A model generated the notes under the pieces. That model did no database searches and was not told the DNA's origin. It worked only from the letters and a program-made list of their open reading frames with translations. Position numbers and translations under genes: made by a program. Below are positions 29,387-39,268 of a DNA stretch of 64,000 bases, one piece after another (within the stretch, counting starts at the first letter, position 1; each line of letters opens with the position of its first letter). This DNA comes from a bacterium (GTDB taxonomy: Bacteria; Hinthialibacterota; Hinthialibacteria; Hinthialibacterales; Hinthialibacteraceae): NCBI GenBank assembly GCA_963662285.2, contig CAXXMV010000006.1, forward strand, positions 256,001 through 320,000, given 5' to 3'.

Positions 29387-31333
29387 TTATTTCGCATCAG
29401 CCCAGTTATCCCCAACGTTTGCTTCTACTAATCCATTGGTTGCGGCATCCGGAAATATCTTCAACATACCGTCAATCATGGCTTTTTGGAGAATCTCTTT
29501 TGTCTGCTCTGAAACCTCTTTGGCCGCCTCTAATACTATTTCATCATGTATTACGTTGACCAATTTTACATCAATACCAGTTTCATTAAGCGAATGCTCT
29601 AATGCTGCCAGCGCAGCCAACATTATTTCAGCAGCACCGCCTTGAATAGGAGTGTTTAAGGCTTCTGTATACCTGTAACCCTTTGTTTCCTTACGAAAAT
29701 CTCTCACTCTCCCGCCTGGAGTAATTACCTTCATGTCTAATTCTGCTCTCTTGGCTGTCTTCTGCTGCCAATTTCGTAGATCGGGGTATGTGGAGAAAAA
29801 GGCTGTTCGTGCTTTCTCCGCCTCGCTTTCAGACATTTCAACACCGTAGTTAGCCCTTGCGTATGCGGCCAATCCTTTGGCTCCCTGACCATATAACAAC
29901 CCAAAGTTTACGGCTTTTGCTAACCGACGCTGTTCGTCAGAAACTTGTTCTATCGATAGTCCTGCGATGGCAGCCGCCGTTTTTCGATGCAAATCGATCT
30001 CCTGTGTATACGCCGCCAACATGTTTTGATCGTTAGAGACCAGAGCAGCGACGCGAAGTTCAATCTGGCTGTAATCGGCAACGACTAACACATGGTTCTG
30101 TGATGCACAAAACAGTGACCGGAATTCTTTGCCTCGTAAGGGGTTTTGAATATTTGGTTTTGAGCAGGACAAGCGTCCACTAACAGTTCCCCCTAATTTA
30201 AAATTAGCGTGAATTAAATTTGTTACTGGATTAATATATGTGGAGTATTTCTCTCCGTATGTTGAGATTTTTTTTGAGTATTCCTTATAGTTACGGAGAG
30301 GTTGAACTAAAGGTTGATTAGAAAATTGTGCTAAGGTCGCTGCATCGGTTTTTAATTGTCCAGAGTTAGTTTTGGGCCATTTCGCTGATGTCTCAACACC
30401 CAAATTTTTCAATAACCATTCAGAAACTTGTTTGGGACTTGCTAAATTAATTTCAGCGCCGACGATCATGCGTAAATCTGTTTCGGCGGTTTTTTGTTCG
30501 GTTGTCCATTGATTAAGAAGAAGGTTATGTGCCGCACTGTCGAATCCAATGCCATTGAGTTCCATTTTGGCGATGGAAGGCAATGCGTTCAGCATAAGCC
30601 GGTATACTTGATCCTTATTCTCATGCTTCAGTTTTGGGTTTTGTATGTGGTAGATTTTAAGCGCTACCACAGCATCCAACGCTGCATAAGCAATTTGTTC
30701 TGGCGTGAGTACTGCGGCTCCCCAGTCGGATGTTTGCAATTCTTTATCAATATCCCAATCTAATAGAGACCTGGCTAAATCCGAAAGTTTCGGTAATGCT
30801 CCAGCCAAGGCGTTGGTTTGAAGCATCGTGCAGTCGATGTTTTGAATATTGATCCCAGCGTGGATCAGATGTTTGATTTCAAATTTGGCATTATGGGCAA
30901 CCAGATTCAAATCCCATATTGGAGATAAAATGCTTATACCGCCTAACGCTTTCACATCGAAAACATATACAACGTCACCACCCCCATACAATTGAACCAA
31001 TCGGATTTCGGAGAGATGGGGTTCTAGTCCTGTTTGGGCGTGTTCTGCGTACTGCGCTAATTTGGAGGTTTCGATGTCGAAACCCATAAAGCCTTTATGT
31101 TCCACCAATTTTAAGACAGAATCATCCGCCGATTGCTTGTCCGTAATATACAGGATTTCAATATTATCATTAACTAAGAGTTTTGAGGCACTTAGTAAAC
31201 TTATAACATCGTGCGGGCTTATCGGAACTACTGTTTTATCAAGACAGTCTGGATTGAAAGAATCGCAAATTCGATCCTCTGAGAGTTCTTTATGCCTTCT
31301 TAATACATTGTTTGCTAGATCTTTTAGCGACAT
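29387..31333 (-). CDS. Family A DNA polymerase with 3'-5' exonuclease, no 5'-3' exonuclease (MGE type)
   Basis: Exo FDIET / HNAKFE / YAALD; motif A ADYSQIELR, motif B RRLAKAVNFGLLYG, motif C IHDE. Confidence 0.95.
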   Translation of the reverse strand: MSLKDLANNVLRRHKELSEDRICDSFNPDCLDKTVVPISPHDVISLLSASKLLVNDNIEILYITDKQSADDSVLKLVEHKGFMGFDIETSKLAQYAEHAQTGLEPHLSEIRLVQLYGGGDVVYVFDVKALGGISILSPIWDLNLVAHNAKFEIKHLIHAGINIQNIDCTMLQTNALAGALPKLSDLARSLLDWDIDKELQTSDWGAAVLTPEQIAYAALDAVVALKIYHIQNPKLKHENKDQVYRLMLNALPSIAKMELNGIGFDSAAHNLLLNQWTTEQKTAETDLRMIVGAEINLASPKQVSEWLLKNLGVETSAKWPKTNSGQLKTDAATLAQFSNQPLVQPLRNYKEYSKKISTYGEKYSTYINPVTNLIHANFKLGGTVSGRLSCSKPNIQNPLRGKEFRSLFCASQNHVLVVADYSQIELRVAALVSNDQNMLAAYTQEIDLHRKTAAAIAGLSIEQVSDEQRRLAKAVNFGLLYGQGAKGLAAYARANYGVEMSESEAEKARTAFFSTYPDLRNWQQKTAKRAELDMKVITPGGRVRDFRKETKGYRYTEALNTPIQGGAAEIMLAALAALEHSLNETGIDVKLVNVIHDEIVLEAAKEVSEQTKEILQKAMIDGMLKIFPDAATNGLVEANVGDNWADAK

Positions 31334-31353
31334 AGCATATTCTCCTTTATAGC

Positions 31354-31393
31354 GTTCACTTGTTCACGGCCCTATAGGTTTGTACAAATGAAC
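31354..31393. other. Iteron-like palindrome A (candidate replication cis site)
   Basis: GTTCAC-tt-GTTCAC-N12-TTGTAC-aa-ATGAAC, directly downstream of the primase-helicase. Confidence 0.6.
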
Positions 31394-31409
31394 GGGATTT
31401 GATGATGTT

Positions 31410-33092
31410 TTATGCTGCGATTTTTCCTTGAGCACGGGCTTCCTGGCACAACTTATTAACTTTACCAAGACTTATACCCAGTTCTTTGGATATCTCTCTC
31501 TGTGATTTGTCTTCTTGTAGTAATTCAATTATTGTTTCCATTTCACTCGGTCCCGCCTCTTTACGTGTCCATAAAATGGCGTTATCAACAACTGACATTT
31601 GGGCTTCAAATGGAACAATGTCATCCCCATGAAGATGCCGTGCTTTATCAAAATGGATTTCAAATCGGCATCCTTCTTCGGCTATATAGTCCGGAGGGTT
31701 ACGGAGGGATATGACTGTATCTAAGACATCTTCACGCTTTGATGTACCACGCTGATTTCCCGCTTTCCCCGCATGATGAACCATTAACATTGCGATTCCC
31801 TTGCGGCGTAAAGACAGAATCCACTCCTGAATAGGAGCCCAACTTTCTGCATCATTCTCAGCCCCTCGTCGGAAGAGAGTGCTCAAGTTATCGAGTATCA
31901 ATAGATTAATGCCCGCCAAGTTGTTTTCTATGACACGCTGACCTTCAGGAGAGGCTAAATCGGGGATACCGCATTCAAACATATCCGATGAGAGAATTTG
32001 AAGATAATCTCTGGACGGTGGTTCTTTCTCGAAACCCTTAACAATCAGTGCCAGACGCTTCTGTAACACAGATGCTGGCATTTCACCATCCACGAGCAAG
32101 ACCCGATGAGGTTTCTTCACCTGCCAGCCTAAGAATTCATTTCCGGAAGCAATTGCGTATGCCATGGTGTCGCATAAAAAAGTTTTTCCACGGCCTCTTG
32201 GACCGTAAATCATGGCCAAACCCTTTTCTTGCAGCCATGGATCTAAAATGCTTTTGATATCTGGAAATTGAATCTGCAAAAAGTCTGCGATATTACAAGG
32301 CTTAATAATCGTCCGTGAATGATAAAGAGGTGTAGCAGTGGCTATTTCAATGAGTTTTTCAGCTGTCCCGCCTATGTCAAACCAATCACTCACATCTCCT
32401 TTTTCCAGCAGATTTGGCAAAGAGAGGATTTTTATGCTTTTTGCGATTCCTGAAAGTGATGAGGCTATCAATTCGGCGTGCTTCTTACCCGAAGGATCAT
32501 TGTCCGGCAAGATACAAATATCTTTGTTCCTGAAATATCCGTTATATTCCTTTTCCCACTTACCGGCGCCGCCAGCATTGCATGTTGCAGTTAAGTCGTG
32601 GGATTGTAGCCTCAGTACATCCTTTTCACCTTCAGGGATGAATACCGGTTTATCGGGATCTGATGATATCAATTCAGGTAATTGATAGAGAGGTTTATTG
32701 GTTCCCTGAGTGTTCCATATCCATCCACTCTTCCCGTCAGGGCGGCGCTGGCGGAAATCTTTTGGTTCTCTTCTAACTACTTGGAATACCAGTTCACCCG
32801 CGCTGTCTCGATAATCGTATATTTCTTTAATAACCGGAGCGGGAGTATTTGGAAAAAGATCCGATTGCTGGATCACAAGAGACCCGCAAATCTGGTTAAG
32901 ATCACAGCCCGCATGACATTTCAAAAGTATATTTCCGCTTTCTTTGCTTATCCCTATTGATAAACTTTCCGTTTGATCGTCATGAGAGAGGCAGTAACCA
33001 CTCCATTGATTGTCGGATACCCAATGGGCCTTAGTTTTCTCTACGATAATATCAAGAGTTTGTTTATTGTATTTTTTCATATTTTTCCTCAT
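31410..33092 (-). CDS. Primase-helicase: Zn finger + TOPRIM + RecA-like AAA_25 helicase + C-terminal HTH
   Basis: CLSH..CHAGC, PEGEKD, DND, KGDVSDW, Walker A GPRGRGKT, DGEM, LILDNL, VHHAGK..QRGTS, SQREISKELGIS. Confidence 0.9.
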   Translation of the reverse strand: MRKNMKKYNKQTLDIIVEKTKAHWVSDNQWSGYCLSHDDQTESLSIGISKESGNILLKCHAGCDLNQICGSLVIQQSDLFPNTPAPVIKEIYDYRDSAGELVFQVVRREPKDFRQRRPDGKSGWIWNTQGTNKPLYQLPELISSDPDKPVFIPEGEKDVLRLQSHDLTATCNAGGAGKWEKEYNGYFRNKDICILPDNDPSGKKHAELIASSLSGIAKSIKILSLPNLLEKGDVSDWFDIGGTAEKLIEIATATPLYHSRTIIKPCNIADFLQIQFPDIKSILDPWLQEKGLAMIYGPRGRGKTFLCDTMAYAIASGNEFLGWQVKKPHRVLLVDGEMPASVLQKRLALIVKGFEKEPPSRDYLQILSSDMFECGIPDLASPEGQRVIENNLAGINLLILDNLSTLFRRGAENDAESWAPIQEWILSLRRKGIAMLMVHHAGKAGNQRGTSKREDVLDTVISLRNPPDYIAEEGCRFEIHFDKARHLHGDDIVPFEAQMSVVDNAILWTRKEAGPSEMETIIELLQEDKSQREISKELGISLGKVNKLCQEARAQGKIAA

Positions 33093-33110
33093 TCTGATGG
33101 GTGCAGGTAT

Positions 33111-33524
33111 TTATAAAAACAAATACCCGTTTTTGAATTCATCACGTAGAAAGTTTTGTCTGTAAGTAGGTTCAACACATTTGAACTTGAAGGAACCGTA
33201 GGGATCATCCATGGATGTAATAAGATCCATAGTAACCTCAATCATATATTCAGAAATTAATAATTCTCTGTCATTTAACTGGGTGAGATATCTCATAAAG
33301 TTCTCGACGTTACCGTGATTTAACATTGATAGAGAAATAATTTTATTCCCTGTATCAATAACAAGTTCTATTACTGTGGTTGTTGGCTGGGGTAATCTAC
33401 CGAAATTGAGGAAACAAATTTCTCTAGATATAACTATTCCTTTAAATACCATATGTTCCTGACCCACTTCATCAAAACAATAATCAGTTATACTTACTTT
33501 TTCTGTTTGTCTTTCTAATTTCAT
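33111..33524 (-). CDS. Hypothetical protein, first gene of the leftward operon
   Basis: GAGGAG RBS, co-oriented with the primase-helicase. Confidence 0.7.
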   Translation of the reverse strand: MKLERQTEKVSITDYCFDEVGQEHMVFKGIVISREICFLNFGRLPQPTTTVIELVIDTGNKIISLSMLNHGNVENFMRYLTQLNDRELLISEYMIEVTMDLITSMDDPYGSFKFKCVEPTYRQNFLRDEFKNGYLFL

Positions 33525-33569
33525 AATTTATACTCCTCTATTTATTTTTTGTAATTCATACATATATTG

Positions 33570-33586
33570 AGCAATTGCTATGCCAA
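33570..33586 (-). promoter_or_regulatory. sigma54 (-24/-12) promoter
   Basis: Minus strand TTGGCATAGCAATTGCT = GG-N10-GC consensus, about 45 bp upstream of the 33524 start. Confidence 0.7.
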
Positions 33587-33916
33587 TATAACAACATGGC
33601 TTATTATGCTGATATTCATAGACTTATATATTTTTTTATTTAACTTGCATATAGTGTGTATTTAGGTTGCGTAGTAGGGTAATCTTATTAAGTAATATTT
33701 TTACAAATCTAATTTTTTCTGATGGTTATATAGTTTGCTTGGATACAGTTTATTACATTTTTACCGCACTAAGTTGTTCTATATATTGTATTTACAATGT
33801 ATATTCGCATGGCTGACTTATAATTAGGTTTCATAAATTCTAGTATTGATGTAGTTATGTTTCGTATAGTGGCGTAGGAGTACGAGTCGGCAAAAAGTGG
33901 ACGGAAGACAAAGATC

Positions 33917-33965
33917 ACACTATATCTTGTATATCAAACTTTATAATAATCACTAGATATTGTGG
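33917..33965. promoter_or_regulatory. Tandem NrdR-box-like operators
   Basis: ACACTATATCTTGTAT (14/16) and TCACTAGATATTGTGG (13/16) versus acaCwAtATaTwGtgt; 33 bp start to start. Confidence 0.6.
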
Positions 33966-34019
33966 TTATGAAAACTGTTTTGATTTTTTACTGTTTCGTT
34001 ATTTAGATTTTGCATATCT

Positions 34020-35876
34020 GACGCACCAGTAAAAAGTCCTATTCGTGATTTATCCCGAAATTCAATTTCCTCATCCACGGTGGAGCATGTAAGTCAGGCT
34101 TGATGAAGAACCGGATTGTAAATGTATGCTTTATCAGAATCCAGAGTGATTGATACATCGAAAATGGCGAAAAACGGGCGTTTTTACGCTCTCGCCGCCT
34201 GAAAGATGTTCCAGCCCAGCACTTTTAACGTCACCGCCAGGCGCACTCTTGCCAGCCCTCTCACTCTCAAGCGCCCTATTCCCAACTTTCGTTTCAGTTT
34301 CGCGTTTACCGCTTCGATTCCCGAACGCATCCGGTATTTCTCCCGGAACTCTTTCGACTCCTCCGACACCCGCCGTTGCGCTAATCGCAATTGCTTCGGG
34401 GTATATTCCAACTTATGATCATCACTCAAGCCCACGCAGCAATAGTCCCGATGATCGCACGCTTCACAAGTCGCCGGATCAAAATAGATTTTCAATTTAT
34501 CGTTTTTCCCTCTGCGGATTTCGCACGGGGCTTCTCCGCCGGGACACTTACATATTTCACCCGTTTCTTCATCCTGCCAAAAATCATCCAGGATCAGCAT
34601 GCTCTCTTTACTTTTCGGTTTACCCAAGGTGGGAGCGATTAAGTCAATCCCTGCCGCCGCCGCTTTTTGTACATTGTCATCACTGCCATATGAACTGTCG
34701 GCCAACAATTCGTCTGGAGCGCAACCGCGTTTTTTCATATCTTCAATGGCAGGTTGCAACGCATCGCTGTCGCTGCAATTGGCCGATTCAACCTCAATGT
34801 AAGTAATTAAATTCGGTTGTGTTGGTTCGCCTTCGTCCTTGGCATCCTGATGTGTTTCTACCAACTGCACTTGATAGCCCTCTCCCTTGTGGCCGCTATA
34901 TCCCGCATCGGGATCGGAAGGATTTTGCAGACTGTCGGCTGAAACATTTTTGGTTTCTTTGAGTTCAACCTTCGCGTCATCCGCCTCGCCGCTTACATCG
35001 CATTGTTCGTTCAGCACACGTTGCAACAGACCGAAAACGCCCATGCCGCGCACCTTGCGGTGGGTGCGAAAAGTTTCCACCAACACTAATAAATCTGCCG
35101 CCGCCTGCTCTAACGCCGCCTTGGATTCTGAAGGTTTGACCTGGGCGAAATAACCGTTTTTCTCTCCCAGATAACGCTCGACCAGTTCGCCGTCAATTTT
35201 ACTTTTTAATATCCGGGAATGTTCGCGACGCATGACTTTCAAAAATTTCTCAATGGTTCTTTGGAACAAACCCAAGCGGTTCAAGCGCTGCATATCGGAA
35301 CGAATGTGGGTAGAATCCAAACGCTGTTTGTTAGTAGGGATGTTAAATTGTCTGAGCAGATTGTCAGTCAGCAATTGAAAAAGAATTACATCAATTTTAT
35401 GATTTACCATCAACAAACGATAGGCGCGTAATGTTCGTTCACATACATATTTCGTTTCATCACCTTCCGAGCGAAGGTTTAAGGCGAAATGCCATTCGAT
35501 GTTGAATGCAAATTGGCGAATAGTCTCATCATCAGTGAGATCGAACATGTGTTGTAAAATCAAAACACTGAGAACAGTCCGTAATTCTTTGGTAGGACGT
35601 CCCATAGTCTCATGAAAATATTTCTTGATCTCATCTACAGGGATTTTGTGAAATAAGTCATCTCTGAATAACAGGGCCCAACCACCTCGAAGAAGGTCTT
35701 TCCGTTTGTCGCCCAGAAAATAAAATGGATCAATCAAATAGTCTTGTTGGGGGGAATCGATGCGTCTCATAATTCGACCTTACACGCTGTATTTACACAA
35801 GTTAAGTATAGCGCAATATGATAGTTCAGTCAAGAAAAAACTGCCTTTTTAACCGCTGACTTTTTGCCGGAGCGGC
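34020..35876 (-). mobile_element. Complete insertion sequence (IS1182/IS5-like DDE), 1857 bp
   Basis: TIRs GACGCACCAGTAAAAAGTC / GCCGCTCCGGCAAAAAGTC (15/19); 6-bp TSD ATATCT at 34014-34019 and 35877-35882. Confidence 0.9.
34184..35770 (-). CDS. DDE transposase (DUF772 N-terminus, IS1182-like)
   Basis: MGRPT, RLDSTHI, SDPDAGY, LLADSSYGS, C..C....C, YRMRSGIEAVNA.LKR..G..RLRVRG. Confidence 0.93.
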   Translation of the reverse strand: MRRIDSPQQDYLIDPFYFLGDKRKDLLRGGWALLFRDDLFHKIPVDEIKKYFHETMGRPTKELRTVLSVLILQHMFDLTDDETIRQFAFNIEWHFALNLRSEGDETKYVCERTLRAYRLLMVNHKIDVILFQLLTDNLLRQFNIPTNKQRLDSTHIRSDMQRLNRLGLFQRTIEKFLKVMRREHSRILKSKIDGELVERYLGEKNGYFAQVKPSESKAALEQAAADLLVLVETFRTHRKVRGMGVFGLLQRVLNEQCDVSGEADDAKVELKETKNVSADSLQNPSDPDAGYSGHKGEGYQVQLVETHQDAKDEGEPTQPNLITYIEVESANCSDSDALQPAIEDMKKRGCAPDELLADSSYGSDDNVQKAAAAGIDLIAPTLGKPKSKESMLILDDFWQDEETGEICKCPGGEAPCEIRRGKNDKLKIYFDPATCEACDHRDYCCVGLSDDHKLEYTPKQLRLAQRRVSEESKEFREKYRMRSGIEAVNAKLKRKLGIGRLRVRGLARVRLAVTLKVLGWNIFQAARA

Positions 35877-36233
35877 ATATCTTAGAATTGCTTATTTCAG
35901 TGATTTGAATCCCAGCGGTATAGGTAGGTAGCATTATCGCGGATTCTGTAAGTTGGAGAGCGCAAAAATAGGAAAATTGATTCAACGTTGGTGTTAAGGA
36001 GCTGTCATGTAAGCGTTATAACTAAGCCAACGAACATGTTGCCTGGATTCCATAGGATTATTAGAAGCCTGATGGAGATAAGCCTTTATTACCATAGGGC
36101 CGACGTGCTGGGAATTCTCAACCATCTACGCGGACAATGGATTTCGTGCGCCCAACAAATTCATTATCCTGAGGAAACGTAGAATCAACGTTGATTTTGA
36201 TTTATGCGCTAATTATATACCCAGTATAACCGT

Positions 36234-36273
36234 GTTCACACGTTCATGTCCATATGAATATGAACACGTGAAC
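36234..36273. other. Iteron-like palindrome B (candidate origin)
   Basis: GTTCAC-ac-GTTCAT-N12-ATGAAC-ac-GTGAAC; outer perfect 12-bp IR AACCGTGTTCAC/GTGAACACGGTT. Confidence 0.65.
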
Positions 36274-36336
36274 ACGGTTGAAGATATACGTTGTTTGATA
36301 TTTTGCTCTACAACGTTATTTTTTATAAACAATGGA

Positions 36337-38574
36337 TCAGCAGGCGTATGGTTCATCGTTTTCTTTCATATTCTTTTTCGCCCATGAAGCCATAGTTTGT
36401 CGTTTCATATGATTTCCCGTTTTTTTCTTGTAAAGATCAGCAGCTTTCTGTGGATTTTTATTTGCACTTATCCAGCACTCTTTCCTGATATTATTCTCTG
36501 TATCAGACAAAGAGCGTGGACGGCCACGCTTTTTACTATCAGGATTATCAAACACATTGGGATTAAGCAATAACATGGCTGCCATAACTGTTGTCGCTTC
36601 TGGGATTATCTCTCTAGATTCAGGTAGTATATTACGGACATATCTCCCATCAATTTCCTGCATATTATCAATCTCCATCTGATCCTTGAGCGCCTCTATG
36701 ATTTTCAGACTAGCACGAATATTACTGTTCTTTAATTCTACCTCTCCCAACAACGCAAGGGCATAAGGGTGGATTGAGATAGATTTATTTTTGATAAATT
36801 CATATGGAATTCTTAAACGATCCCATCCTCTATCTCGTAGCGGGGGGACGACTATAGTGCTGTATGGATTTAATCGGTTAATTAAATCAGGAAGGAACGT
36901 TGTGTGATCTTCTGCATTTAACAATTCTTCTTTAGTTTTTGTTGTAGCAAAAACAACTTTAACATTTATCTTGTCCGGTTTTGTTGCACCAATCTTCATA
37001 ACTTCCATTTTATCCACGTCATTAACTGCGCGGAGTAACATACCTTGGACATGTAAAGATAGTAAGTGAAATTCATCGAGGAACAAAACTCCTTTGTCTG
37101 CTGCTTGAAAAAAACCGCCTGTAGTCTCGTTAGCACTGTTATGTGAACCTTCTTCATAACCGAAAAGCTGAGATACTGCCAATGTCTCAGTAAATGTTTT
37201 ACAATTCACCATTACAAACGGAGTTTCGGGATAGTGAATTTCATGGATTGCTTCAGCGACAAATTCTTTACCTGTGCCTGATTCACCAGATACTAATACA
37301 AGTTCTTTGTCTTTACTTCGTTTCAACGTAGATTTCATTAATCGATGTATTATATCTGATTCACCTAACCATTTTTTGAAGCAATCATCTGTTTCTTTGA
37401 TTTTTTCAATCTCTTTGTTTGATTCCATAACTTTTTTAGACTTTTCATATTGTCTGATTAAACTATTTGTCTCATTTTTATATAATTTTTCCTGGTGTTG
37501 TGAGTATTGTTTGTTGTTCTTTGGATTATATATTACTTCTTTAATAATGTTTTCGGCTGACTTACATTCTCCAATCTTTAACAACAAAAAACTTTTTCTA
37601 TTTTTTAATGCATACAAATAAAAAAGCATTGCTTCGTTCCACGTTAATTCAGGCTCAGTTTGAATGTGCACTCCATGCATCTTGAGAATTTCTATCTTTT
37701 CTTGAGGTAAAGGTATCTTTGCTTTAGTCAGGTTTATGGATTCCTTAAATGCATCAAAAAGTGGATTTGTTTCTTGTGCTACATAATCGACAGATCTATT
37801 TAATAGATACTTACATTGTTCCATTTTGAAATTACAATAAGCAATATCAGTTTGAATGTCGATGATAATATCATGTCTGGACTTTTTAGCCTCTTCTTCT
37901 TTAGAAATTAAAGTAACATTGGATAAATCACTAATATAACAACGATGAATTGGCATTCGCTCTTGTTTCTCATTCTCTAAGAATATCAATATTTGTTTGC
38001 CTTCTTCATATGAATATGGGATAACAGAATTTGTATTAAAATCAAATGATAACCATTCTTTAGAGAGTTTAATTATTTTGTTCGATAATTCATGATGATT
38101 AATATCACTAACAATACAACGTAGAATTTCTTTTTTATCAGATTTAATAAAAAGACGGAATCTATTATTATATTTGCTTAGAAGAAAGATTTTGCATCTA
38201 TACGGATGTTTATTTTTTAGGGGGTCTTTGTTAGTTATGAATTCGCGAAAAACATGGTAGATAATATTATCATAGTGAAATATTTGATTTGCATCTTTTG
38301 AACGAGAATCTATCAGCAGGCGCTCCTCAAAAAAATTCTCATCAGGTAGAAAACGACTATGAATATTATCATAAAGGAGTTCTTGATCCTTTGTTTCCAA
38401 TAAAGACCATGCTTGCTTTTTTGATTCTACTAGTATTTTTCCATTTTGGGTTGTGGGATTTTTTTCATATACTGCTGGGGGATATTCATTACTTCGCTCA
38501 AATACGATTACACATTCTTTATCCTTGATATTTGGACTATTAAGGTTCTTTGGTAGAACTAATTTCATTATCAA
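36337..38574 (-). CDS. sigma54-interaction-type AAA+ transcriptional regulator with degenerate GAFTGA loop
   Basis: GESGTGKE, FVMVNC, LFGYEEGSHNSA, FLDEF, VPPLRDR; C-terminal KRGRPR plus HTH-like helices. Confidence 0.85.
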   Translation of the reverse strand: MIMKLVLPKNLNSPNIKDKECVIVFERSNEYPPAVYEKNPTTQNGKILVESKKQAWSLLETKDQELLYDNIHSRFLPDENFFEERLLIDSRSKDANQIFHYDNIIYHVFREFITNKDPLKNKHPYRCKIFLLSKYNNRFRLFIKSDKKEILRCIVSDINHHELSNKIIKLSKEWLSFDFNTNSVIPYSYEEGKQILIFLENEKQERMPIHRCYISDLSNVTLISKEEEAKKSRHDIIIDIQTDIAYCNFKMEQCKYLLNRSVDYVAQETNPLFDAFKESINLTKAKIPLPQEKIEILKMHGVHIQTEPELTWNEAMLFYLYALKNRKSFLLLKIGECKSAENIIKEVIYNPKNNKQYSQHQEKLYKNETNSLIRQYEKSKKVMESNKEIEKIKETDDCFKKWLGESDIIHRLMKSTLKRSKDKELVLVSGESGTGKEFVAEAIHEIHYPETPFVMVNCKTFTETLAVSQLFGYEEGSHNSANETTGGFFQAADKGVLFLDEFHLLSLHVQGMLLRAVNDVDKMEVMKIGATKPDKINVKVVFATTKTKEELLNAEDHTTFLPDLINRLNPYSTIVVPPLRDRGWDRLRIPYEFIKNKSISIHPYALALLGEVELKNSNIRASLKIIEALKDQMEIDNMQEIDGRYVRNILPESREIIPEATTVMAAMLLLNPNVFDNPDSKKRGRPRSLSDTENNIRKECWISANKNPQKAADLYKKKTGNHMKRQTMASWAKKNMKENDEPYAC

Positions 38575-39268
38575 TACTCCTGGTAATGGATAATATCTTT
38601 TTTATCCAAAGCACGGATCAAACCATAAATCAATATCCGAGATTAATCCATTCTCCACAATTTGGTTGTATGGTAAAGTTCAGTGTATTAATGATCTAAT
38701 AAATTGTTGATCTCTACGATAATACCAATTGATGTCAATAGAATGCTTCGAAAGTAACCAATATTTTGAGTGATCCCATCTTCGCTGACCTGAGTTCTAA
38801 TATCCAAGAGTTTGACTTGATATCCATAAGTTGGTAGATTTCTATATCCTGTACTGCCCAACCTATTGTTATCACCAGTTTTACTCTATCAAAATCTATT
38901 TATAGATCAACACGTCTGATAACGTCTATCATTCGGAAATACTGAAGATATCGCGTTGGAAACGGTAAGTATCAACCTAAAATCGGGGTACATGAATCAA
39001 ATATTATCCAAAGTTGGGCTATTAAGTAGCCTGCCCTTTTTTTGTCTTTTTCTGAAATAATACCAAAAATCTCCATAATTCCATATATTTCACACTCCAG
39101 ACTTCATTCTGACGGCGCAATTCTTATGTTTTGATTTTAAAAACACAATAAAGTATAAAGAAGTAATGAACTGTTAACCCTCATTGCGGTGATGACCTTG
39201 GTTTATCTCCCCAGTTGGCGCCGCCGCACTACTCCTTTTTTTAATCCCCAACCAACAATTCAGGAGAA

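Noticed and set aside
29387-31333. Housekeeping polA
   Set aside because: Lacks the 5'-3' exonuclease and sits in an integrase/primase operon
34150-34806. 218-aa plus-strand ORF
   Set aside because: Antisense shadow of the transposase with no motifs
35959-36209. Retron msr-msd interpretation of the structured region
   Set aside because: No reverse transcriptase (YxDD) ORF in the window
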